From positions 6,850-70,849 of the forward strand of contig CAZDED010000003.1 in assembly GCA_964504535.1 (NCBI GenBank): a stretch of DNA of 64,000 nucleotides, given 5' to 3'. Shown one piece after another: positions 21,601-27,322 of this stretch. A program made the position numbers and the translations under genes. Source of the stretch: an uncultured Gammaproteobacteria bacterium. GTDB taxonomy: Bacteria; Patescibacteriota; Microgenomatia; Levybacterales; GWA1-39-11. Below the pieces are notes generated by a model. The model saw only the letters and a list, made by a program, of their open reading frames with translations, was not told where the DNA came from and did not search any database. The number at the start of each line of letters is the position of its first letter. Within the stretch, counting starts at the first letter, position 1.

Positions 21601-24086
21601 AATGCACGTGCACTATCTGAAGCCAATGTGAAATCGATATTTCCCAAAGAGTCAGAAGCACTTATTGTATTGCCAGAGTTATACGCAAGCTGCAAAGAAA
21701 TTCCACCAGCATTTGCAGGACATTGTGTTATCTCATTGCTGATGTTGTCACGGCAAAGAGTAGTAGCACTTACTCCTGGCGCTGGAAGAGTGAGAAGACG
21801 AGTTATATTTGAAAGCACGATCTGCCCGGTGCCATTTGGCGAAATGGTGAAGTCCTCATTTGCTAACGTAGAGATATCAACCGCCGCACCAGAAAAAGTA
21901 AGTCCTGTTGCGCCTATTGTTTTATTTGTTAGTGTTTGTGTTTCGTTGGCAAAAACGAAAGTATCATCAGAAGACAAAGCAGGAAGGGTTGCAATCCGTG
22001 ATGCAGAGGGTGCAGGAGAGGTGATGGTCGTTGTATTGCCTGATCCTAGGACTATTTGGTTTGTTGCGGCTTGAGCTGTCAATGTGGTTGCCGAGACGAT
22101 AGTCCCAGCACCGGTTGTCAGAATATTTCCAGATGTTGATAGGGTGTCCCCTGCAGTTGTCGGCGTGAGGGTTGTAGTTCCATTATTTCTGGTGAAAAAA
22201 CCTACTGTTCCTGAAGTATCAGTTGTTGTAATAGTACCAGAACATACAAGATTGCCAGTAGCGTCATCAACAGTGCATCCCGTTGAACCTGATCCTCCCG
22301 CCAAAGAAACATCCCCATCAGACGCAATTAGGAGCGCTTGCGCTCCTGAGGTTGTATTATATATCGTGAACTGCGATGTATCCGCGTTCAGAGAAAAGTC
22401 CGACTCACCCACATCACTATCCACAAAAAATACGGATGGATCGGAGTTGGCGATAGTTATATCTCCTCCTGCTGTAGTTGTACCGGTGAGATAAAGATTT
22501 CTGTAGCGCCTTAGAGCTGAACCAAGATCATATGTGTCATCAGCACTCGGACCGATACTTCCTGCAACTTCAAGTCTGAAAGGATTTCCATCAGCATCAA
22601 GATCATCAGGAGCAACGCCGATACCAACTCGTCCATTTGGAACCGTAACAAGCCCGGCACCAATCGTTGCGGTATCAAGCGCTGAGCCGATGTTGATGAT
22701 GTCTGCAATCGTATTGTCGGTTGCGATATTTATTACATTTCCAGATGTGCCGGTACCGACATTGATGATTTTTGCATTATTACCCGTTCCGAGATTGACT
22801 GTTCCTGTAGTGCCACTATCTAGTGTCAATGAACTGGCAGCAGCCGAAAGCACAGATCCGGCTCCACTAAAACTCAGGGTTGTTCCTCCAATGTTGAAAC
22901 TATTTGTAACACCATTAACAGACGTTAATGTCGATGCAAGCTGGATATTTGCCTCTCCGGCAGGACTCTCAGTAACGTCAAAATCACCACCAAGAAAATC
23001 AAGCGCATTAATCACATTTGAAACCACCACATCATTCTCTTTGATGGTTGCAACAGCAAATGAAGTGATGTTTGTCCATGAAGGAACACCGGTGCCATCT
23101 ACAGTTAGAAATTGCCCTGTCGTACCGATAGGCAACCCAGCGAGGACGTCAGCGGAAGCAGCATACAAAAGATCACCGGTTGCATATGTTGAAAGCCCGG
23201 TACCGCCGACACTAACACTGATAAGCCCGGTTTTGATTGCTTCTCCAGCAACAGATCCACCTGACCCGATGGTAATTGTATTTGCAATATCTGGATCCGT
23301 GAGACATGAAGAACAGTGACCGCGTGCAACAAGAGTTTCAAGCGTCGTTATGTCAGATATTGTGAGATCGGTTATCTGTATACCATCCCCCGCAACAAGC
23401 TCAATATCCCCAGTCTGACCCTGAAAAGAAGTGACTCCACTAGCATCAACTGAGATCGTAGGAGATTGAGGATCACCACTCAACGTTACGTTTTCACCGG
23501 CAGTAAGACTATAAACAACATTTGGCGCAGTGATATTTCCCTTAAACAAGCTTGTACCTTCAACCAACAGGTTCTTTCTAACAGTTAGATTTTCGCGGCT
23601 AACAACTGGAAGTCCGAAAATAACGCTTCCCGTAAGCTTAAGCTTGCTTGTCTGAGCTCCCAGAACTTCAGGTGTTTCGGTAGCAACTTCAGTCGTTTGT
23701 GCTATTTTTGGGGCTGAATTCTTAATGAGCTGTTGGCGGGCAAATACTCCTCCAACAAACAAAAGAGAGGCGAGTGCGCCTAGAAAAAGTGTTCTTTTAC
23801 TTGGTTTGAGGTAAGCAAATTGAAAAAATAATCTCATAGCCTCAAAAAGAAGGCTAACACTGTTAAGAAATGACTGAAAAGAACTTATAGTTTTTGGGGA
23901 ATTTGAAATAATAGTTGCCCGTGCCTCGCCAGCCTTGACTAGCTTTGTCAGATCCTCTTCCTGGTATTGGAGTTCTCCTTTTTCGTCGACAATTGGGGTT
24001 AAAGAATGGAGGTCGCAGAGGTACACAAGGGTTTCAACTGAAACACCAAGCTTACGAGCTGCCTGTTTTAATGTTAATAATTTCAT
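1..24086 (-). CDS. Giant repetitive membrane-anchored surface/fibre-like protein, at least 8,028 aa, 3' end outside window; N-terminal MerR-like HTH plus single TM anchor
   Basis: Manual translation from ATG 24086: MKLLTLKQAARKLGVSVETLVYLCDLHSLTPIVDEKGELQYQEEDL...KPSKRTLFLGALASLLFVGGVFA...; the same frame reads cleanly at positions 3-50 (NTFSNASPIILSDTNP). The ORF track lists no stop-terminated ORF in this frame, and most of the long + strand shadow ORFs stay in one register across the region. G/T/N/A/S-rich repeats throughout. Confidence 0.93.
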   Translation of the reverse strand, partial: MKLLTLKQAARKLGVSVETLVYLCDLHSLTPIVDEKGELQYQEEDLTKLVKAGEARATIISNSPKTISSFQSFLNSVSLLFEAMRLFFQFAYLKPSKRTLFLGALASLLFVGGVFARQQLIKNSAPKIAQTTEVATETPEVLGAQTSKLKLTGSVIFGLPVVSRENLTVRKNLLVEGTSLFKGNITAPNVVYSLTAGENVTLSGDPQSPTISVDASGVTSFQGQTGDIELVAGDGIQITDLTISDITTLETLVARGHCSSCLTDPDIANTITIGSGGSVAGEAIKTGLISVSVGGTGLSTYATGDLLYAASADVLAGLPIGTTGQFLTVDGTGVPSWTNITSFAVATIKENDVVVSNVINALDFLGGDFDVTESPAGEANIQLASTLTSVNGVTNSFNIGGTTLSFSGAGSVLSAAASSLTLDSGTTGTVNLGTGNNAKIINVGTGTSGNVINIATDNTIADIINIGSALDTATIGAGLVTVPNGRVGIGVAPDDLDADGNPFRLEVAGSIGPSADDTYDLGSALRRYRNLYLTGTTTAGGDITIANSDPSVFFVDSDVGESDFSLNADTSQFTIYNTTSGAQALLIASDGDVSLAGGSGSTGCTVDDATGNLVCSGTITTTDTSGTVGFFTRNNGTTTLTPTTAGDTLSTSGNILTTGAGTIVSATTLTAQAATNQIVLGSGNTTTITSPAPSASRIATLPALSSDDTFVFANETQTLTNKTIGATGLTFSGAAVDISTLANEDFTISPNGTGQIVLSNITRLLTLPAPGVSATTLCRDNISNEITQCPANAGGISLQLAYNSGNTISASDSLGNIDFTLASDSARALTLTNAGTASSALVINDTNAAIQNALTVQSGGVTTLTINENGILSTTGNILTTGAGTITSAGTLTASNGFTVTTGTLNLTATAGTLNLSGLSGSSISTGVNNLLITSGNFNTTATGINSTAIGTTTPSTGAFTNLSANGALTVSSFATDGVVINNSSGVFSTIAQLTPARGGTGLDTSGALPGQILIGNGTGLSLNYISGTSNQVNVVNGSGTIVLSTPQDIAATSSPTFASQSLSNTSNQLTLGAAGNTLVINANSQSAPRTATIPALSASDTFVFANETQTLSNKTIGSTGLIFSGATTDITTASNEDLTLSASGIGQIVLSNTVRLGSLPSAGVAATTLCRDNISNEITQCPANASNVSLQLAYDSGNTLTTSANRNIDFTLGSGLSTSLLLTNVGTASAFVINDTSGSVNNSLVIQSSGSATLTINETGLLSTAGNILTTGTGSILSATTLTAQAATNQVVLGSGNTTTISSIAPAAPRVATLPALAVDDTFIFAQQTQTLTNKTIGTTGLVFLGAATDISTLSNEDFTITPDGTGQIVLSNITRLENLPVSGVAATTLCRDNSSHQITECPANAANISLQLAYEAGNTISATDAFGDISLTLAALSSRALTLTNAGTASSALVINDTNAANQNGIEVQSNGSTTLTVNENGNLTTAGVLTSQAVTNQLVLGTTNTTTINSVAPAAARIATIPGLTANDTFIFANQSQTLTNKLLTDNSITFQNSGDNTKQFLFDLSQITTGTLRTISIPDYDGTVCLTVGNCAGAGGVVGGAGTLNRLAKFTVTGSNIGDSNFTDDGTTITSLTAFNVGDQTGTDTLSLLRLATSTSGATLNNSNLLSLQGSYWNGASSNNLTFSLQNQILTTAPTYQLAFVNNAGDNAATLSYAGNLGLAATTNQISLGTINTTTINSPAPGAPRIATLPALTFDDTFIFAAQTQTLTNKTIGASGLVFSGAANDIITVSNEDLTLTPNGTGQIVLSNIARLENLPVAGVAATTLCRDDSSHQITECPANAANISLQLAYEAGNTISATDGEGNIDFTLADLSSRQFLLTNAGTGSAAFVINDTNASIQNALSIQSSGSATLTISENGNLITTGSVTSSSLSTGAITATGSLTFNGVGTDITTVSNQDLTITPDGTGQIVLSNITKLLNLPTAGLSATTLCRDDISNEITECPANAANISLQLAYEAGNTISATDSEGNIDFTLADLSSRQFLLTNAGTGSAAFVINDTNASVQDVFQAQSSGAATLTISENGNLTSIGNLSTSGNILTTGTGTITSAGLLTASNGITVTTGAVNVTGTSGALNLSGLSASSLQFGGNNLLIGAANLSVTATGINSTAIGATTPSTAVFTGLTANTSVTITPFNTAGVIINNASGVLATEQQLAPLRGGTGVDASAAPNGALLIGNGSGFSLNTITGTSNQVLVTNGSGTIALSLPQDIAATSSPTFASLNLTNSTNQIVLGTTNTTTITSIAPVASRFATIPALTADDTFVFANQTQTLSNKSIGSTGLIFSGAATDITTNSNEDLTLSPDGTGQIVLNTITRIPNLSGTVGFSVVCRNGLNEFSVCSSNALNVTLQQAYNSGNTIVANDLHGNIDFTLADLSSRQFLLTNAGTGSAAFVINDTNASVQNALAIQSSGSATLTISENGNLSTIGNLLTTSGGTITSNGLLTASNGLTVTAGAVNITGTSGAIVLTGLGASTFDAGANALTFTSSNFTTTATGINNTAIGVTTPSTGNFTTLTTTGNASFSGNLTLAGAPRSIQTTDFNTLTIGGNTTGLVQIAGNTDITGLLSVQGAATFNNNISQVGTGTFSTGTGAVSLNGNTSVTGSNTFTVGTGATTLGSTLDVAGLATFNGGLTISTGNTLLASGAAVFAPSTGNNVVFNTSATERIQINGLQTQNGNTLCLDVSNNLAFCNGAPFGLQAAYNTGNTITTTPGRNLAFTLGQDQTTSLTLTNLGTASAFIINDNNANTNTSLEIQSSGSATLTINELGNLTTSGNIATTGTGTITSNALLTASNGLTVTTGAVSLTGTSGLLNLTGLSSSTLQFGGNDLLVGAANINVTATGINGTVIGATTPAAATFTNLTTTGAASISGNLTLAGAPRSIQTTEFNTLTIGGDTTGEITISPLNGVGNLNINALTILNGNTSVTGANTFTVGTGLTTLGGALTVNGISTFNNNITQVGAYTFSTGTGNVSLNGNTSVTGSNTFSVGTGATTLGSTLDVAGISTFNGNVTVTNGNSFDASGSAVFTPSNGNNIVFNTSATERIQINGLQTQNGNTLCLDTSFNLVYCNGAPFGLQAAYNTGNTITTTEDRNIAFTLGLDLGTSLTLENQGTASAFLINDTSGSVNTALEIQSSGSATLTINELGNLTTSGNIATTGTGAITSAGLLTASNGLTLTTGAINLTATSGVLSLSGLSASSINAGVNNLLITSGNFTATATGINSTAIGATTPSTGAFTTLSSTGTTNLGTSGASDVNIATTGTGNVAIGNATGTFAVTSNGGLNVSTLGALTGVISLDTIGVTATDLTFAGVGTISATGANSLTLDTGTTGDINIGIGNSAKTIYIGTGAGGNVINIATNDTLADIVNIGSALDTINLLGEVTANDFTSSGVTITGGTINGTSVGATVRSTGAFTTLAANSTVLIENLTTSSGTALCIDSFDNIIKCSIGSGTGTLQSSYNNGNTILTNDGRNVAITLAPGLNLPTSFTIENQSTASAFIVNDTSAGGSGTFIDLQSNGASTLKISEAGVIYLAGNNTSDISTLVGGTDITVNPASSTVAATGGNLRLIAGTTTAGGSTGGSVTINAGAGASANGVINLGTLTTGNTVNIGTDNTSPDVINIGSSTDTVSIAGAVTANNFSSSNAVITGGSIDNTPIGNTTRSSGKFTTLAANSTVTIENLVTVVGSPLCTNGDDEVVLCDVGSSAGTLQSSYDNGNTILTTSGRNIDFTLASGLNAATSLTLTNEGTASAFIINDNNAAPNQVALEIQSGGNRRLTIDESGNASTSGYISSSNSIQTIGSGTITSANGLFVTAGGASINGGINNNTGGITNTGAITGATSITASGTIQGDILNAVSSIQTNGTQRVDSSGNLVNIGTVASGAITTTGTLTFSGVSTDITTVSNQDLTLLANGSGQIVLNDTVRIPVLAGVQGFTVLCQNVTNELSQCDPTAFGVTLQSAYNGGNTILTTAGKNIDFTLDSGLTTQFRLSNAGSANAFVINDTNVGSGGIAFEIQSASSSALTITELGTISTSGNIATTGTGTITSAGALTVSAGGASITGGINNNNGGITNTGAITGATNITASGTTTSDTINAITEFQLNGTSINVGGTLSNVAYLDRANVFSNTNTFSSAAPLTLSNSAPDITLATAGNNGVLRIRDAEGSPNTLLTLTDNGTVGNLAITGTINAVLGLQLNGTNINTTGTLTNVAYKGQNNNFTVGQTIGGALTVTTGGASITGGINNNNGGITNTGAITGATNITASGTTQTDILNAITAIQLNGVNINTGGTLTNVAYLDTANTFTLGQTINSGGITVVAGGASITGGINNNTGGITNTGAIAGATTIAASGVVTLSGASPLTLSNTTPIITLGAGNAAGTLTIKDSNGTPNTLLTLVDNGTVATLTVGTINATSALQLNGANINTANTLTNVAYKNQSNTFTAGQTITTGGLAISAGGLDVTGGINNNTGGITSTGAIAGATTIDASGVVTLSNASPLTLSDSAPVITLATAGTNAVLTINDAEGSPNTLLTLTDTGTVGNLAVTGSINAGTGILLNGTNINTTGTLTNVAYKGQNNNFTVGQTIGGALTVTTGGASITGGINNNNGGITNTGAITGATNITASGTVQGDIINAVTALQLNGTDINTAGILTNVAYKNQSNTFTAGQIISSGGLSVTGGINNNNGGITNTGSVGSATTIDASGLVTLSNSTPLALTATTSAITLAAAGTNGTLTIRDAEGSPNTLLTLTDTGTVGNLSVSGTINAVGGYLLNGTNINTTGTLSNVAYKGQNNNFTVGQTIGGALTVTIGGASITGGINNNSGGITSTGAISGATTIDASGVVTLSGASPLTLSNAAPVVTLATIGVDGVLTITDAQGSPNTLLTLTDNGTNATLAVANINATTGFLLNGTNINVGTTLSNVAYLDQANIFAIGQTINTGGLTINAGGANITGGINNQNGGITNTGAITGATNITASGTIQGATINATSVFQLNGTSINTTGTLTNVAYKGQNNNFTAAQNIAGTVTITGAATDITTGSNEDLTLVANGTGVINLNDTVQIPTLASPDGSTALCRNAGNYLAACAPNSNGVTLQLAYDAGNTILTSSGRNIDFTLYDEDTDTGTATSFTVMNAGSAPAFVINDVRTGSSGVAFEIQSASSSALTISELGTITTSGNIATTGTGTITSAGALTVSAGGASITGGINNNTGGITNAGAISGATTIGASGLVTLSAASPLTFSNTNPIVTLGAGNANGVLTIKDSAGSPNTLLTLTDAGTVGNLSVTGTINAGTGYLLNGTNINTAGTLSNVAYLNQANIFTAGQTITTGGLAIQAGGADITGGINNNTGGITNTGAISGATNITASGTTQTDILNAITAIQLNGTNINTAGTLSNVAYKNQSNTFTAAQIISAGGLSVVGGINNNNGGIINTASISGATTIDASGVVTLSGANPLALTNGTPNISLATAGVDGVLTIKDAEGSPNTLLTLTDNGTVGNLSVTGTINAAGGFLLGGTNINTTGTLTNVAYKGQDNNFTVGQTIGGLLTVTTGGASITGGINNNTGGITNAGAISGATTIGASGLVTLSAASPLTFSNTNPIVTLGAANANGTLTIKDSNGSPNTLLTLTDTGSTGNLSVTGSVNAGTTLQIGGVDINTAGTLTNVAYQNQSNTFTALQTITTGGLTIQAGGADITGGINNNTGGITNTGAIAGATNITASGTIQGATINATSVFQLNGTDINTTGTLSNVAYKGQNNNFTVGQTIGGLLTVTTGGADITGGIVNNAGGITNTGAIAGATTIAASGTVTLSSGSPLTLSNTTPIITIGAGNSAGVLTIKDSNGAPNTLLTLTDNGTIATLAVANINATTAFLLNGTNINTTGTLSNVAYKGQDNNFTVGQTIGGLLTVTTGGANISGGIDNNAGGITNTGAITGATNITASGTIQGATLNATNDIQTNGVTRLDVIGNLTNINTISSGAITTSGVLTFNGVATDITTGTNEDLTLAPNGTGEILLNNYVQVATLSAMTGYTAVCRNASNQLASCAANATAVTLQQAYDAGNTIVTTTGRNIDFTLDTGLTTQFTLTNAGSANAFVINDTNAGTGGIALDVQSAGVSKLTISELGNVSTSGNITTTGTGTITSAGALTVNSGGAYLKGGINNNSGGIINTGSITGITNLTASGTATLTGVSPLTLSNANPNIRLATAGTDGTLTISDAEGSPNTLLTLTDNGTVGTLSVGTVNASTGFTLGGTDINTTGTLTNVAYKGQNNNFTVGQTIGGLLTVTTGGVTVTAGGANISGGINNNSGGITNAGAISGATTIGASGTVTLSSAAPVTLTNSAPDITLGAGDANGTLSVKDSAGSPNTLLTLVDNGTDATLSVGTVNALSALQLNGANINTAGTLTNVAYQNQSNTFTVGQTISTGGLTISAGGASITGGINNHTGGITNTGAITGATNITASGTIQGATINATSVIQLAGTDINTAGTLTNVAYQNQSNTFTVGQTISTGGLTISAGGANITGGIANNTGGITAAGAIAGATTIDASGTVTLSGASPLTFSNTNPIVTLGAGNAAGTLTIKDSNGSPNTLLTLTDNGTTATLAVANINATTAFLLNGTSINTTGTLSNLAYKGQDNNFTVGQTIGGALTVTTGGASITGGINNNTGGITSAGAISGATTIDASGTVTLSSANPLTLSNNTPTLTLATAGNNGVFTIKDAEGSPNTLLTLTDNGTNGTLTVANINATTALQFNGTNINTTGTLSNVAYKGQNNNFSTAQTIGGLLTVSSGGASITGGINNNAGGITSAGAISGATNITASGTIQGGTLDATTSVQTSGTDRIDASGNLVNIGTISSGAITTTGTLTFDGVTTDITTGTNEDLTLTPNGTGQIILSNLTQVTTLGTNGTTALCRNASNQIASCNAATATLQTAYDNGNTITTTTGRNIAFTLAGGLGSPTSFTLTNAGTANALILNDTAAGTGGIAINVKSNGTSTLTVDELGDITTSGNIATTGTGTITSAGLLTAVNGASISAGLDNNLGGITNAGAISGATNITATGTIEGDIINAVSAFQLNGVDINTAGTLSNVAYKNQNNNFTVGQTIGGLLTVSTGGASITGGINNNTGGITNTGAISGATTIAASSTVTLSSASPLTLSNASPIITLATAGTNGVLSIRDAEGSPNTLLTLTDYGNGGSLSVSTISATTSLQLNGVDVNTAGTLSNVAYKNQNNNFTVGQTINGLLTVSSGGASINGGINNNTGGITNAGAISGATNITASGTIQGATLNGTSVIQLNGVDINTAGTLSNVAYQNQQNTFSQNNIFSNASPVTFADNSPIITLATVGNNGVLTIKDAEGSPNTLLTLTDAGTVGNLSISGTVDAVSGFLLNGTNINTTGTLSNVAYKGQNNNFTVGQTIGGLLTVSSGGASITGGINNNTGGITNAGAISGATNITASGTVTLSGASPLSFTNAAPTAILGTAGVDSTLTINDGDANTLFTLTDAGTVGNLSLSGTVNATAGFLFNGTNINTTGTLSNVAYKGQDNNFTTGQTVAGALTVTSGGASITGGINNNNGGVTNTGAITGATNITASGTTQTDILNAITAIQLNGTSINTAGTLSNVAYQNQANTFTATNTFSSASPLVLSNTNPILTLGAGNAAGTLTVADSNGSPNTLLTVVDNGTVGTLSVATVNALTNVQTNGTTRIDSSGNLTNIGTVASGAITTTGTLTFNGVSTDITTGTNENLTLTPNGSGQIILSNLTQLSSLGTNGTTALCRNGSDQISTCNTNVNAVTLQDAYESGNTISATDNEGNIDFTLANLNSRQFTLTNAGTGSAALVINDTNASLQNALQIQSSGSATLAINENGNLTTSGNLTTTGTGTITAANGFVATAGGANITGGINNNTGGITNTGAITGATNITASGTVQTDVLNAITAIQLNGLNINTAGTLTNVAYLNQANVFSNTNTFSNASPIILSDTNP
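10057..11327. repeat. Near-identical 194-nt direct repeat pair (10057-10250 and 11134-11327)
   Basis: Base-by-base comparison shows one mismatch (gcacc/gctcc); the offset of 1077 nt keeps the frame. Confidence 0.85.
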
Positions 24087-24131
24087 TGACGAGTTTTGAC
24101 TATCGCGTATATATAAAACGGGTGTATATCT

Positions 24132-24161
24132 AATGTATCTATTTTTGCTAAAACTAGTCAA
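24132..24161 (-). promoter_or_regulatory. Putative sigma70 promoter of the giant-protein gene
   Basis: TTGACT-N18-TACATT on the minus strand, about 45 nt upstream of ATG 24086. Confidence 0.5.
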
Positions 24162-24572
24162 CGTACGTTAATGATAGGTACTGTAACAAACTGTACTGTT
24201 TTTTATAAAAAAAATTTTTGCTTGTGAAAGGACACAAAAAAACGAAAAAAAGGCTGATATAGAAAGTAATAGAATGAATCAGTGGACTGGAACCATATCA
24301 AATATTAAAAAACATGGTATATTTCACGAAAACTTTTCACGAAAATTAATCTCATAGTTATTGGAAAACAAATTTAGAAAAATCTTTTTTTTAAAAATGC
24401 AGAAAAAAGTATTTCATTTTTAAAAATTTTCACAAATTGTTTTCACGGAGTACTGTATTTTGAGGCTAAATATATTTATGCGTAAACAAATAAATTGATA
24501 TAACAGTAAAAACTATATTTATGATTATAAAAATAGTACGCGTAATAAATTAGCTTGATTTGAAGCTCCAAA

Positions 24573-24848
24573 CTATTTGGTGTCCATGAAGAGAACTTCG
24601 ATTCCTAAGAAGATATTGGCACTGTCCTGCTTAACTTTCATGACAGCTTGCTCAAATTTTAGCTCTTTTACCTTTTCATGGTTATCGTAAAGAACTAACT
24701 CTTGGCGAATGATAGAGATAAAGTTAGCGTGCATAGGATAGATATCGAAAGGACCAACCTCGTTAAATGAGCTTATCCTTTCAACCTCACCTTCAAAAAT
24801 GATATTTTCTGTGTCTCTTATTTTGACTTTGAACTTCTTGTCGGCCAT
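24573..24848 (-). CDS. atpC: F-type ATPase epsilon-like subunit, N-terminal beta-sandwich only
   Basis: IFEGEV...NEVGPFDIYPMHANFISII resembles epsilon (GExGILPxHAPxI); follows atpD; 91 aa, no C-terminal helices. Confidence 0.75.
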   Translation of the reverse strand: MADKKFKVKIRDTENIIFEGEVERISSFNEVGPFDIYPMHANFISIIRQELVLYDNHEKVKELKFEQAVMKVKQDSANIFLGIEVLFMDTK

Positions 24849-24857
24849 AGGATTTTT

Positions 24858-27319
<2,462 letters not shown>

Positions 27320-27322
27320 AAG

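Noticed and set aside
109-23319. Dozens of Val/Pro/Ala-rich + strand ORFs in the ORF track
   Set aside because: Antisense shadows of the giant minus-strand gene; mostly one register, mirror its repeats, no independent start signals.
1-24086. Prophage tail-fibre gene
   Set aside because: No capsid, terminase, integrase or other phage genes in the window; the protein has an N-terminal membrane anchor typical of a cellular surface protein.
24087-24572. Replication origin
   Set aside because: No perfect DnaA boxes, no dnaA/dnaN nearby and no clear strand switch; kept only as an alternative in the regulatory finding.
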